A stretch of DNA of 64,000 nucleotides from assembly GCF_000143415.4 (NCBI RefSeq), contig NW_003314409.1, forward strand, positions 124,001-188,000, given 5' to 3'. Shown here piece by piece: positions 10,081-23,753 of the stretch. Source of the stretch: Selaginella moellendorffii (lineage: Eukaryota; Plantae; Lycopodiophyta). The notes under the pieces are model-generated. The model had not been told where the DNA came from. It worked only from the letters and a program-made list of their open reading frames with translations, and ran no database searches. Made by a program: the position numbers and the translations under genes. The number at the start of each line of letters is the position of its first letter. Within the stretch, counting starts at the first letter, position 1.

Positions 10081-11199
10081 TTTGGTATCAGAGGATGAGT
10101 CTCAGCGAGTACTATTCAATGAGATTGGGCAACTAGTCTCGTTGCATATGCAGAGATGAAAACGATGATCCGAGTGGGTACACGTTTGGGTGCAAAGGTT
10201 TTGCATTCGTCCCTTGGGTATGGTTTTGGTTACCTTTTGTACCTAATAATATGAGCTTGCTCTTGGGCTCATAGGATGGATTTGAGATGCTCCGTTAGCA
10301 CGAGTTTACGCTTGGGCTTGTGTGTGGGGCACATTAGCAACTCGAGGCTACACTTTGAGTTGGCAGGATTAATGTTAGCCTATCGGTGGTTCCATGAGTT
10401 GTTCCATGCACTGTGGGTAAAAGCAAACCTTCCCTGAGTTTGCTATGAGTGGTAAATAGACTGGTCCGTAGCTATTTAGCACGGCACTAGTGGATCCTTC
10501 CTAGGCATGGATACAAGTGGATCAATCAAGACTGTAGGGATTAGTCTATTGATTCAAGTAATCATTGCCGTGCTCTCTCATAAACTTCTTTTGGATTGGA
10601 CTGAAGGCAGTGCGAAAGCAAGCTAGAGGTTTAGTAAAAGATGAGACCGAAAAGAGAGTCATCGGGGACGAAAGATCAAACACGTAAATCATTTTCTCTT
10701 CTTGGAGAGATGATTTGCAACGAGGTGTTGACTCATTGTTCATGTTCATATTATGCAATCAAGAGTCCCTACCTTGATGCATCTTGGAGATGATGGTCTT
10801 ACAATGGTGAGTTGTGGGATGGATAGAAGTGAAATGCTATACCATTTTGTCTAGGCTTGCTGTTGGAAGACTTGGGTTACAATGCTCAATTCTTTTCCGG
10901 GGAACCTTGCTATTGCTCCTTGAGTAGCTTGGTGTTGGTTTAGTTTTGAGTTTGGTCGGAAAGAGAGTGGCATGAGCTTGTCCATGTTGTGAACAAAAGT
11001 TGGTGGTGTTCAGTGTCGTAAATCTCTATCGGTGGAAGTGTGGCATTTATGTTGCATTTTGTCGAATTGAGTTGGCATTTGATAGTCACATAAACCTTTG
11101 AAGTAATAACATTGGCATTGCTCGTGGTGTTGCTCAATTAATGATCAAATCATTGTGATACTTATATCATATCCATGTGATAGTGAGCAATGTGTTTAC

Positions 11200-14100
11200 G
11201 AAGTTGCTTGGTTAAACGATGATCAACCCCAAAGTGGTTGATAGTGAAGCTAGTCTACTTGCATGAAGTAGCATTGTAGTAGCTTTGACTGGATTCTCAA
11301 TAGTGGTCCATTATGCTAAGCTTAAGTTGGTTCCTTGTTTCCTTGAGTTTGCCCACTAAGGTGTTGGAAAGGGTTATAGCATTTACTTGCTATGGCTTGT
11401 TGGTTTATCTGTTAGCACTTGGAGTAGATTGTTGGATGGAAAAGGTGTGTAGTTAAAGCATTGATATCGCTAGCACTTGTGTTAGTGGAAGTGGCATTGT
11501 TGTTCGAGTAATGAGGAATTTTTCTTAGAGCTTGATTTTCCATGTCATTTTCTTGTTAGTGTTTTGGCTTCACATTAGATCCTGAAAGTGGTTGAAGAAG
11601 AGTGTTAGTGCAATGTAGATATCCGAAGATGTGGTCTTCGTGATCAAGCCTTGGATGTTCACTTTGCATTTTTGCGGATATCGGAGTTGGATGTCGGAAG
11701 TATGGGCAAAAAGATGTTCGATGCTTAAGCATACTATGGGTCTTGAGAATTTGTGTTGAGGTGAACTTATGTGAAGTTGTTAGTAGGAAGAAGTTGGTTG
11801 AGTCTTGAAAGTTTGTATTCCTAGACTGAGAGTCATTCTTTCTCTAGGATGGAAAATTTTTCCACAAATTTTCTTAGACTTTTCCAATGGCTGATCTGTT
11901 ATCACTTTGCTCGAAAACCATTCCATTTTCGTAAGCCAGTACAAACTAGTGAAGGGGTTGGAGTTGACTTCGGTTGGCTTAAATCTTAGTAGGTAATTTG
12001 TATGATGCAGCCCGAAAGGGATGCTAACTTTTAGGGCTAAAGCAATTGAGTTGGATAGAGTTTGAAGTTAATGTAGAAAAGTGGCCGTTGCACTTTTCTA
12101 GAAAGGTGACCCTTGTGCCTTTCTTTTGTAGCGTTATGCTTGGTGGCAGGTTGCACTTTGCATTTCGTTAGACTCTATGAGAGTAGTGGGCTCTCACTGA
12201 TCTTGACTTGGTCTTGGTGGCCCTGCACCTTGGCTAAGGATGGTGATGTCCAACTTAGTTGTTTGAGTTTGAGATGTTAGTACCCATACTATAGCTTTGT
12301 CTATGAGGAGGTTGTGTACCAATATGAGTCCATCTCATGGTCTTCACTTAAGTTTCAACTTAGTGTTGATCATGCATAGCTAGCCTCTTCAAGGCATGTT
12401 CAGAGCTATTGACTAAATGCATTGGTGAGCTTATTGCGGTTGAGTTGGATTCGAGTGGTCATTTAGTTTGTGCTTGTCTATGAACCTTTATCTCGTTCAT
12501 GAGGTGTTACGTTCATGTTGGACAAGTATATAACTCGAATGCATGAGTTTAGTGTTGGGTCTTGTAAAGGCAAGTTGACAGAGTGATTGTTAGTTGCTCT
12601 GCGACTAGTGATTGCTTGTAGACTTTGTCAAGGACTGTTGACACTTGTTTCACTCAATGATGACTTAGCAGTGATGGGCTTACTTTACCGGATGGTGTTG
12701 CGAAGGATCGTGTCGTTAGACTTACATGGTTTTTCCATGTTGGCAAATCGACTCTACTTCTGTCGATATCATTTGGTTGTGTTTGGTTCATAGTGTTGGA
12801 TTTCATAAAGTCTTGGACGTGGTGAATCACTCCTTGATGATGTATTATCTGTAGCTGAGTATTGTTGAAGGATTAGTCTCGGATACTGAGTAAAGTATCT
12901 TCGACTTTGGTTAGCTTAGTTGCTAAAGAGTTTTAGGTGGTGATTCACTCTTGCTTTCTTCTAGCTTTGTTCTGGTGTTGATGGCATTGAAGTGATGCCT
13001 TATCATTGACATTGTTGTTATTGCGATTTGAGTGAGATGAGATGTTTCTCCTTAGGATTGACATTGAGTTTCATTAGTCTTAATGAGGATAGTGTTGATG
13101 ATTTGACTATAGCTATGTGTTATTGGCATTCATGCATTTGCTAGTTAGCAACTATATTGACGTTCAAACGAGCTGAGTGGCAAGTTTGAGTTAGTTGTGT
13201 TCTAGACGAGATTATTTAGTAGGGGTTGAGCTTTGGCTTTTCCTTGAAAAATGATTTAGTCGTGAACTATGCTAACTCTACAAGTGGAAGAGTTAGTGAT
13301 CAATATTGAAGTGATCAAATTCTTGTTGGATTTGAGTTGGGATATATTGATCCTTGATGATTCTTCTTGTGCTTGTTATGAAGTGAGTTACGTCTTGCTA
13401 TAGATGGATTCATGGAGGATCGATTAGATGATCACTTGTTGAGCATAGCTTCGTTATGCTTAGCTTTTGGATTGATCCAGATATGCTCTTCAATAGCTTT
13501 GGCATTATGAAGTTTAGCTTATAGATGTGTTGAGGAAGATATTGTGGGTTGCACCATGATTTCTTCTTTGGCATTTAAGTTAGTTCATGCAAGGCTTGTG
13601 ATCATTATTAGGCAAGACTTGGTTATAGGCTTCTTCAAGCTTTTGGTTCTTTGAGTTTTATGCTCATTGTTCCATTTGTTAGGAGTTGTTGGGGAAGGCA
13701 TTTTGGCTTGTTAGCTTCGATGTTAAAGTTGGCTCTTGCATCTGGCAATCATTGTTAATGATTGACTGTCATTTAGGATATTGATTATCCTTGTCAAAGG
13801 TGTTGCTTTGTTATTGTTGATATAGAAGGATTCGCTGTTCTTCAGGATGGTAGATTCTTTCTTCAATGATGATTATGCATTTCTTTCTTGATAGGATGAT
13901 TAATGATCTTTCATGATGGTTGGTTGTTTTCTTTGATAGCTTTTGGCTTTTCGCAATACCGCATGTTCTTTGTAGTTTGCTCTGGATTGGTCTTTTGGGT
14001 TTGAGACATCAGTAGGATGTTGCTGACACTTGCTTAGGCAACTTGAGTTCCTTAGTACTGTTGGCTGGGATCTATTCAGATGGGCTTTTGTGATAGTTGG

Positions 14101-14230
14101 CAGGAGTGAGTGTTTGTTGGTCTTACCACATTCATTCTGTTCTGTTGATTATTGCTCGAGTTAGTTTTGATAGATTGGGATGTTATCCTTTGGGTGATAC
14201 ATTCGCGAGCATTTTGCTTGTCAGTCAATG
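11200..14230 (+). pseudogene. Heavily decayed Ty3/Gypsy pol relic of element B
   Basis: Motif remnants in Gypsy order: VVDSEAS (protease DSGAS-like, 11234-11254), LDDVL (RT, 12833), GVDGIEV (~12975), SYHIHS (~14121) and DWDVIL (~14172; integrase-like); many stops and frameshifts. Confidence 0.5.
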
Positions 14231-14275
14231 ATACTTTGTGTTTTTTGAGTTATCTTTCGTAAGTTGTTGTAGATT

Positions 14276-15313
14276 TGTGAGTCGAAGATCGAGTCCAAGA
14301 CTGACTCTGAGACCAAGTTTGAGATAGAGTCTGGGATCGAGTCCGAGGTTGAATTGGAGACCGAGTTCAAGACAGAGTCCAAGATCCAAATCGGGTCCGA
14401 GACCGAGTCCGAGGTTGAGTCCGAAGTCGAGTCCGAGATCGGGTCCGAGATCGAGTCCGAGATCGAGTCTGAGACCGAGTCCGAAGTCGGGTCTGAGATC
14501 GAGTCCGAGACTGAGTCCGAGTACTAATACGGGTCAAGGGGTGAAAGCCCAAAGCGTGCGTCTCCCGGGGGGGGGGGGGGCTGCAGGGGGTTCCAAAAGT
14601 ATAGTAGGAATAGTGAGGATCAGGAACTAGTCTTGAAAGAACTCTTCAGTGGTGCTTTCAAATTGACTTAAGGTTGAGACTGGGTCTGAGAGGCCTTGGG
14701 TGGGAGTGAGCAGGGACTTGGGTGGTGCCAGAGGGGCCACCCCAGAAAGTGCTCAAGAGTAGCTCCCACTCTCGAAAGGGAAATTGACTATAGTGCTCCT
14801 AGCTCATGTGGAGTGGTGCCCCACTTGAGTACCATGCGGCTCATTGGTCCTCGCCCTTCCTAGGGGCTTGGGCCTTCCTTCGGGATGGAAGTGGGGGGGT
14901 AGAGGTACCCATACCGGGCCATTAGGCCATGGTGCTTTGCCCCGGCGTCCCGAAGCAAGTGTTGCACCCAAGACTTAGGATTTAGAGGGTCTTATGATCA
15001 AGTCTTGTGGTACCAAGGGGGTAAGGAACTTGGAGGCTTGGTGTGCTTGGCTGCTTGTGCCTGCGGGGAGTGTAGTTGAACCTTAAGTCTAGTCTAACCC
15101 GGGGAGGGGGATTGGGAGAGATTTGGGAATCCGTGGATGGATGGCTAACGCTCCGTTGCTCGTGTAGTGAGTAGCTGAAACCAAGTAGGACCAAGTAGGA
15201 GCTGGTAATATAGGTGGGAACCTTGGCGAGGGAACTTAGCAAAAGCAAAGGCAATGTTGGACAGATAGACAAGGTAAGCTGGCAAATTGGAAAGGAAAAA
15301 TTTGTGGCTTACA
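14276..15313 (+). mobile_element. Family-C 5' LTR (5' end uncertain or truncated)
   Basis: Hexamer repeats, shared G-run motif, end GTGGCTTACA, then PBS TGGTATCAGAGC 15317-15328. Confidence 0.8.
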
Positions 15314-15372
15314 ATTTGGTATCAGAGCCTTTTCCTCAGTTCTAGTGAAGGATAGAGGCGGATTGCTAGGAG

Positions 15373-16560
15373 ATGGCAAAGGCAAGGCAGAAACGAACCA
15401 AGGCGGAGACGGAACCTCCTCCAGAGCTGGAGCCTCCAGTCAAACAAGAGGCTATGGATGAGGAATCCTTGCATGAGGAGGACTCCAGTGAGGAAACTTC
15501 CAAACAGGAGTCCGATAGCGAGGTGCGGTCATCCAAGTCTCAATTGGACATTCTAGAAGGACAATTGGCACAGACCAATGCTCTGTTGGAGACTCTCATA
15601 CGCAAGCTAAAGCGTGATGAGAAGCAGAAGAAAAAGCGAAAGACTGCAGATGCTGGCAGTGCAGAAGGTGTGGACCCTTCGGTAGGGACTGAGGCAGAAC
15701 CAAACAAGGTCGAACAGACCAAAGTGGAATCAGTCCCTCAGGCAGTTCCCAAGTACAAACCAAAGCCCCCATCGGTTTTCAAGGGAGTGAACAACTATAA
15801 GGTGGTGAAGGATTAGTTTTATGATATGGAGGACTACTTTCGAGTGTTGTGGTTATCGAGCTCGGAGAAGGTCCCATGTGCAAAGCCATACTTGGCAAAT
15901 AATGCCAGTCTTGGTGGAGAACAACGGAGGCCAATGAAGGACCGGTGGCCACTTGGGACATGATGAAGGCGAGGATCTATGCGACTTACGTTCCTCTGAA
16001 TGCTACTCTGCATCTAAGAGACGAGCTGAGTAGGCTAAAGTAGATCGGAACCATTCAGGAGTATGTGAATGGTTTCATGGCAAAGAGGATACTTGTCATG
16101 GACATGGGGGATATGGATGCGTTCTATGCATTCATATCGGGCTTGCAAACCTGGGCTTGCGGCGAGGTGATGCATTGGAACCCGACCAATTACAAAGAAG
16201 CATTGGATGCGGCTATCAAGGTGCATTTCAATGATAACCTGCGAAAGGGGAACACGACGGGGTCGGGGTCCACGTTTAGCAAAGGGGCCAAACCAAGGGG
16301 AACATATAACAAAGGGAAATTCAAGAAGAGTTTCTCTAAGAATGAGTCCTCGGGGTTCCGGAAAGGCAAATCCGGTGGCCAACGAGCAAGTATGTGGGGG
16401 AGTCAAGCAAAAAGAGACAAACCCACGGATAAAAAGGTCAAGTCATTTAGCAGTGTGGGAAACAACGTATGCTAGAACTACGGTGAAGTGGGACACTTTT
16501 CGAGGGAATGTCCCTACCCGAAGAAGGCCAGAGCTAATATGGCCATTAAGTCGGGTGAAG
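15373..16560 (+). pseudogene. gag: Disrupted gag of element C; no pol follows
   Basis: ATG 44 nt after the PBS; KPKPPSVFKG, retrotransposon-gag-like helices, decayed CCHC knuckle VC*NYGEVGHFSRECP (~16467-16515); in-frame stops and a frameshift. Confidence 0.85.
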
Positions 16561-17163
16561 TGTAAATTGAGGTATGTGATCCAGTCCCTAGCTCAAAATT
16601 ACTCATTACCCGAGCAACTTTGGTAGAGAGTCATGAGAGAGTTCCATGTGAAGTGGAAAAGATTTCCACACTGTGAAGCAACATGGGAACTGAAGGAGAT
16701 CTAGCGAACACACGAGATCTAGTGGAGGAATTTTTGCAAAGCAGAACTCTAAGTACTTATGCAGAGTTCAATTAAAGTATCAATTCGTGAAGTTGAGCAA
16801 TGGCATATGTTGGGACCCGAAGGTGTGCCGAAGGTAAGCTAATTAGCATGGGTTAGCTAGGTCGACCAAGCATAGGGAACTACACCCGACTCCCTACAAG
16901 GATGTCGAATCTATAGACGTATTCTACAGAGGTTGGGTTCGAGTCCCAACCCCTTAGTAAAGCAAGGTTGGGTTCAAGTCCCAACCCCATACTAGGGTGT
17001 GGTGAGGTGAGGAGTATAGAGACATCTATATTCCGTTGTCATGGGCTTTTGGCTGGGGAGGCTAACTTAGGCACACCGCTAAATGGGGGGATGCCCCCAG
17101 AGACATGGTCAACAAGTCGTAGGATAAAAAAAAGATGTTCGATGTGGGCATCGAACTTCTTCT

Positions 17164-17177
17164 ATGGGTGGTGGAGT
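17164..17177 (+). promoter_or_regulatory. Polypurine tract of element C (no recognisable 3' LTR after it)
   Basis: Identical to the PPT at 6432 with the same upstream hairpin. Confidence 0.8.
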
Positions 17178-17431
17178 TTTAAGGAACCAACTCTCCAATA
17201 AAATTCAAAATTTGGCAAAAAGCTAATACAGATTTAGAGAAAAAAAAAAACAATAAAACAAAATCAAAAGCTTAATCCTAAACATTAAATAAAGTTTATT
17301 ACCTTTCTTTTCCACTAATGTAAATGCTTGGGATATAAGAATAAATGTATTAATTAAGAAGGAATAGACCAGATTCAGTTACAAATACATACATACATAC
17401 AAATTCTCTTTAATCCAAAAAGACCTTGGTA

Positions 17432-19834
17432 TCAACCTGTGGAGCCTTGGTAAATGTTAGCCATCAATGAGTAGGCAGAGGCATCGCCACCATCGCCCAT
17501 CTCCACCAGTGCCTCAAATGCAAGCTTTCCCACACCACTGCTTCCCCACTTTCTACACGAGCTCATGAGAGACTTCCACGCTGCTGGGCTTGCTCTCACA
17601 GGCATGATCCTGAGAATCTGGATTGCCGCATCTAACTCGTTGGCCCGGCTGAGAAGATCGATCAAACAAGTATAGTGGTCGATGCCTGGAGCCAGGCCAA
17701 ACTCTCGGGTCATCCTCTCGAAGTAGAGCTTGCCTCTGGCCACAAGACCTGCATGGCTGCAAGCCGTGAGAAGGCAAACGAAGGTGATGGCGTCGGGCTT
17801 GCAGCCCTCGTCTAGCATGCTTGCAAAGAGATGGAAGACGTCGTCGGTGTCTCCCTGGCGACTGGAACCTGCAATGATCGTGTTGCAGGCGACCACATCT
17901 TTGCTTGCCAGTGACTCGAAGATCTGGAGGGTGTGGAGCATGCTTCCACATTTCCCATACACGTCCATGAGTGAGTTTGCAAGGATACCGTTGTTCTCCA
18001 TTCCACACCGGCATATATCGCCATGGATTGGAGCTAGAGCTGCCAGGCTTCCACACGACTTGAGAGCGGCGACGAAGGTCTGTGCTCCAGGCTCCCACTC
18101 TCTCATCTCCAATCTCATCACCGAGAAGAGCTCCAGAGCGAGAGAGAACTCCCCGTTTTCCGCATAGCCGAGGAGGAGTGCTGTCCAGGAGACGACGTTG
18201 TGGCAAGGCATGGTGTCGAAAACCAAGCGAGCATCATCCAAAACACTCCCACACTTTGCGTAGACGTCCACCAGCGTGTTGGCCAGGAAGGTTTCGGTGT
18301 CAAGCCGGGCTTCCAGTGCTCGAGAGTGCACCAGCATCGTGTTTTCAAGACTTTGAAGCTTGACTAGCTTCCCATCGATCTTTCGGCCAGCTTCTTTCAT
18401 CGCAAGACTGGCACAGGCGGCGAGAGCAGCGAGAAAACTGGGTGTATCGGCACTGCATCCTTCGTCTTGCATCCGAAAAAAGAGACTTAGGCTGGTTTCT
18501 TCCAGGCCTTTCTCAGTGTAGCCAAGGATGAGGGACGTCCACAGCACAACATCTCGACGAGGAGCACTGTCAAAAACTTGGCGAGCTTCTTCCAAGCTCC
18601 CACACTTGGCGTACACGTCTACCAGGCGGCTGGCCACGAACAAGTCCGAGTCGTAGCAAAGGCTCGACGCTTGCGAATGGATCACTCTTGCTTTCTCCAA
18701 AGAAGAGATCTTCATGAGCTTTCCATCCGCTTCCCGGGCCTGTTCTCTCACGGCTACGCTCGTCAAGGCCTTGAGAGCGGCGACGAAGACAAGCTTGTCT
18801 GGCTGGAAGTTTCCCATCTGGTCGAACAGTGCCAAAGCTAGCTCTCCCTGTCCACTGTCTGTATACCCGAGCATCAAAGAAGTCCAAGAAGCCAAGCTAT
18901 GGCACGGCATCCCATCAAAGACCCTCCTGGAATCCACCATGCTTCCACACTTTCCATACATGTCGATCAGACTGTTCCTCACCCGGACGTCACAGTCGAA
19001 TCCAAAAGTCGCAGCTCGAGCATGCACGTCCCTGCCTCTTTCCAGAGCTCTCCATCTCACAAAGCTCCCATCTCCGGCTAGAGTTCTCTCCTCCCTGGCT
19101 GCCAAGCTGCCGCAAGCGTTTAACGCAGTCACGAAAGTCACAGCGTCGGCTTCCATGTCTCGAGCTTCCATCCGTGCAAGCAAATCCAAAGCCATCTCCT
19201 CCTGCTTGTTCTCGACATACCCGGCCATGAGCGACGTCCAAGAGACCTTGTCCGGGTGCTTGATCCCCTCGAAAACCCTGCGCGATTCCTCCAGGCTCCC
19301 ACACTTGATATACATGGCGATCAAGCTGCTAGTCACGAAACCATCAGTATCACACCCACACTCGGAAGCTTTCGAGTGAAGCGCCATACCTCTGTGGAGC
19401 GAGCTCGGTTTCACGAGCTTTCCATGGACGCGTTGGGCCTCCTCCTTGGCAGCGACGCTGGAGCAAGCCTTGAGCGCCGCGACGAGAGCTCGAGCGTTGG
19501 GCTGGCAGCCGTGGGCCTGCATTTCCTCAAAGAGCTCCAGGGCCGTGTCGCCATAGCCACTGTCCGTGTAGCCCAGCATCAAAGCCGTCCAGGAGACGAT
19601 ACCGCGGTGGGGCATCTTGTCGAAGACGGCGCGAGCCTCGGCCATGGCGCCACACTTGGAGTACATGCTGATGAGCGTGTTGGCCACGAATGGAATGGAG
19701 TCGTCCCCGGCGATGGCGGCATCGGAGTGGAGGATCCGACCTCTTTCCAAATCCCTGGAGCTGCCGCAAGATTTCAGTGCCGCCACGAGATGGCCGAGGC
19801 TACTCACCCCCGATTTTGGCTGCTGCAAATGCAT
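17432..19834 (-). CDS. PLS-class pentatricopeptide repeat protein, E subgroup (800 aa, intronless)
   Basis: Repeated MYxKCG / VSWTxL motifs, ACSHAGLV, HYTCLIDLLSRA, E-domain end YSLMANIY; no DYW. Confidence 0.93.
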   Translation of the reverse strand: MHLQQPKSGVSSLGHLVAALKSCGSSRDLERGRILHSDAAIAGDDSIPFVANTLISMYSKCGAMAEARAVFDKMPHRGIVSWTALMLGYTDSGYGDTALELFEEMQAHGCQPNARALVAALKACSSVAAKEEAQRVHGKLVKPSSLHRGMALHSKASECGCDTDGFVTSSLIAMYIKCGSLEESRRVFEGIKHPDKVSWTSLMAGYVENKQEEMALDLLARMEARDMEADAVTFVTALNACGSLAAREERTLAGDGSFVRWRALERGRDVHARAATFGFDCDVRVRNSLIDMYGKCGSMVDSRRVFDGMPCHSLASWTSLMLGYTDSGQGELALALFDQMGNFQPDKLVFVAALKALTSVAVREQAREADGKLMKISSLEKARVIHSQASSLCYDSDLFVASRLVDVYAKCGSLEEARQVFDSAPRRDVVLWTSLILGYTEKGLEETSLSLFFRMQDEGCSADTPSFLAALAACASLAMKEAGRKIDGKLVKLQSLENTMLVHSRALEARLDTETFLANTLVDVYAKCGSVLDDARLVFDTMPCHNVVSWTALLLGYAENGEFSLALELFSVMRLEMREWEPGAQTFVAALKSCGSLAALAPIHGDICRCGMENNGILANSLMDVYGKCGSMLHTLQIFESLASKDVVACNTIIAGSSRQGDTDDVFHLFASMLDEGCKPDAITFVCLLTACSHAGLVARGKLYFERMTREFGLAPGIDHYTCLIDLLSRANELDAAIQILRIMPVRASPAAWKSLMSSCRKWGSSGVGKLAFEALVEMGDGGDASAYSLMANIYQGSTG

Positions 19835-19980
19835 TGTCCGCGACTCAAGCTCTACCTAGAACCCTAAAATCTCTATTTTCCCGCTGGAAGATACACCGCC
19901 TTTCGGGGAGAATATTCACACGAGAATATTCTCTTTCCTGAACACTCAAGAACCAGGGCAAGAGTGTCTTGGTTCATTTG

Positions 19981-21328
<1,348 letters not shown>

Positions 21329-21710
21329 CTTTCAGTCTCTTCTTTTCGGTGGATCGATCGAGCCATAGAGAAGTTGCAAAGTAGAGCCACTAGAGAGAGA
21401 ATAAGAACAGTGGATGTTCTTCGCAGTTTTGGAATATACGGTGTCTTACGTGGCTGCATTCTGTTGGACTACGTGTGCCGTTCACACACCACACTTAATG
21501 CGGATAGTTCGCTGTCCACGTGGCAAACTGCAATAGGCTGCCTTTCTAAAGGCGATAGGGCGATAGTTTTGCTGGGAGAGGAGAGAGAGAGAGAGAAAGA
21601 GAGAGGAGGGCACGATTTTGTTCTTCCTGGGCGATCGATCGATCCCTGGAAAGCTCTTTGGCGCAGCGGCGCCGGTCTTCGGCGCATGGATTAGCACAGA
21701 TCGCTCCGCA

Positions 21711-23057
21711 ATGAGGTTCGTAGCTTGCTCTAGTTGTCGATTGGAGACTGGAGTCGTTGCTTCGCAGAAATCTGTGTCAAATTCCCCAGGAGTAGCCGCA
21801 GGAGGAAGCAACAGGGTAGGATTGATAGGGAGTGTAGTAGTGTGTAGTAGCCAGAATCGTCATGGGGGTTTTCTTGGGTGGAGCATCATGGCAAAGCGTG
21901 GTGTTTCTCATTCTTCCGGTTCTCACAAGGTCTTCATTCTAGATTCTTCGTCATCGTCGCTTGCCCGGCATAGGTCGCATCGACGGGCTGGCAAATGCAA
22001 TGCAATCTTGGAAGACCAAGGGTCGAGCGCTTCGTTTGGCACGGGAATTTGGAATAGCTTCTCCGAGTTCTTCCGGATAGTGATCCAGCAGGAGGAGAGC
22101 CCGCTCTTGGGCGAGAGTTCTTCGACGTCAGGCATCCATCTCCACAAGAGTTTGAGCGAGCTGCCTTTGATCCACGTCTGCCCGACGTCCATCCCGGCTG
22201 CCCACGACCTCGACTCGGCGGACGAGGTGTTGAGCCAGCTTCTCTACGCGGGCTTCGGCAGGATCGGCTCCACTTTGGACGGTTTGCTCGCCGTGATCTT
22301 CCCCTCGCTCGGCGATCCCAGCGGCGACATGGCGGACGTGAAGATGGATCCAGTCGCGGAGCTGTGCGCTCCGTCCAGCCGCTGCGTCACGGCCGAGGAT
22401 TTCTCCGGCTCGCTCGACCAGTTCTACGCATGGCTCAAGGAGAGGCTCCCGCAGGGTGGCGCTCTGTTGGATCTCTGGGGAACAGCTCCGGGAACCAAGC
22501 GCGTCGCCAACTTATGGCGAGAGCTCCTGGAGGGCGAGATCTCCCTCGAGGACTCGCGCCCGCCCAAGCGGACTGTTCACGTTGCGAGCGTCCAGATCGT
22601 GAACGAGAGCGGCGAGATGCTGGTGGAAGCGTACCAGGAGATGGCGGACGGGAGGATCCGGCCCAGGAACCGGCCACTCTCGGAGAAGATGCGGCCCGGC
22701 GAGAGCGTGGAGGAGGCGTGCTTGCGCGGGATCTCGGAGGAGCTGGGCTGCGCGATCGATCAGGTGGCGCTACTGCGCGAGAGCTACCAGAGAGTGGAGG
22801 AGGAGCGGGAGTCCTTCTCCTATCCGGGGCTCTCGACCAGGTACGTGATCCATACGATCACCGCGCATGTCAAGCAGCTCCCTCAAACGGACTTCGACAC
22901 GGAGGAGGACGAGGATGGGAATGGCGGTGGCGGTGGCGGTGGCGGAGCGGCGGTGTTGGTGGCCGCCAGTGGAAGAACCGCGACTGCTACCAGCTGCCTG
23001 GGCGGCGCGGTGGGCGTGAGGAAACATTTTTGGAAGTGGGTACAACAAGCTCCATAG
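21711..23057 (+). CDS. Uncharacterised plant protein with a C-terminal Nudix-like domain (start uncertain)
   Basis: Long intronless ORF; degenerate Nudix box EKMRPGESVEEACLRGISEELG; KHFWKW end. Confidence 0.75.
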   Translation: MRFVACSSCRLETGVVASQKSVSNSPGVAAGGSNRVGLIGSVVVCSSQNRHGGFLGWSIMAKRGVSHSSGSHKVFILDSSSSSLARHRSHRRAGKCNAILEDQGSSASFGTGIWNSFSEFFRIVIQQEESPLLGESSSTSGIHLHKSLSELPLIHVCPTSIPAAHDLDSADEVLSQLLYAGFGRIGSTLDGLLAVIFPSLGDPSGDMADVKMDPVAELCAPSSRCVTAEDFSGSLDQFYAWLKERLPQGGALLDLWGTAPGTKRVANLWRELLEGEISLEDSRPPKRTVHVASVQIVNESGEMLVEAYQEMADGRIRPRNRPLSEKMRPGESVEEACLRGISEELGCAIDQVALLRESYQRVEEERESFSYPGLSTRYVIHTITAHVKQLPQTDFDTEEDEDGNGGGGGGGGAAVLVAASGRTATATSCLGGAVGVRKHFWKWVQQAP

Positions 23058-23753
23058 TAAAATTCATGGAATTCCCGCGAAATAACTTCATAGATATGAT
23101 GATCATTGAAAGCCATAGTCTTCCATGGTTTATAAATTACTTGATCAAGGTGCGAGATCTCTTCCATGGTTTAGATTTTATTTGATAAAGGTCATCAAGG
23201 GCGTGACGTGAGAGAATCTGTTCGGGAATAATCTTGTGAGAGGGATGCTGACGCCGTGTCAGCAGACAGTGGTGCCAGCTCAGCTGGCCAGACATGTCAC
23301 ACGAATGATGTCCCCCTCAACTGCATTTTAAGATGATTGGTTTCTAGCCAAAGTATCGCTACGCTTGATTTAGTAGAGCGTGCTAAGGCCAAACTAAACA
23401 AATATCTATATTTGAATGGACGCGTCGACGTGGGGTTCGAATCCTGCCAACACAAAATCTTGAAACGAAGGGCGTTTAAAAAAGTATTTTTTCTTTTAAT
23501 CTTTTCAAACTCTCTCCCTGGCTCGACGCTCGACGCTCGACGCTCTCTGTGAGTTCTTGGTTCTTTGTTCTTTTTTCTTCTCGCGAGAGAGAGAGAGAGA
23601 GGGAGGGAGAGCGGAGGCGCCGTGCCACTGGGGTGCTGCTCTTGGGAGGAGGGATTCGGCCCATTGGGGATGGAGGCGGCGAGCATTCCAGCGGATTGGC
23701 GGTGGATTCTTTGATCGAGGATCTTGGAGGTGAGGGAAGAAAGAGCTCCGGCT

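Noticed and set aside
17426-17435. PBS-like TTGGTATCAA next to the PPR stop
   Set aside because: Partial match with no LTR end before it.
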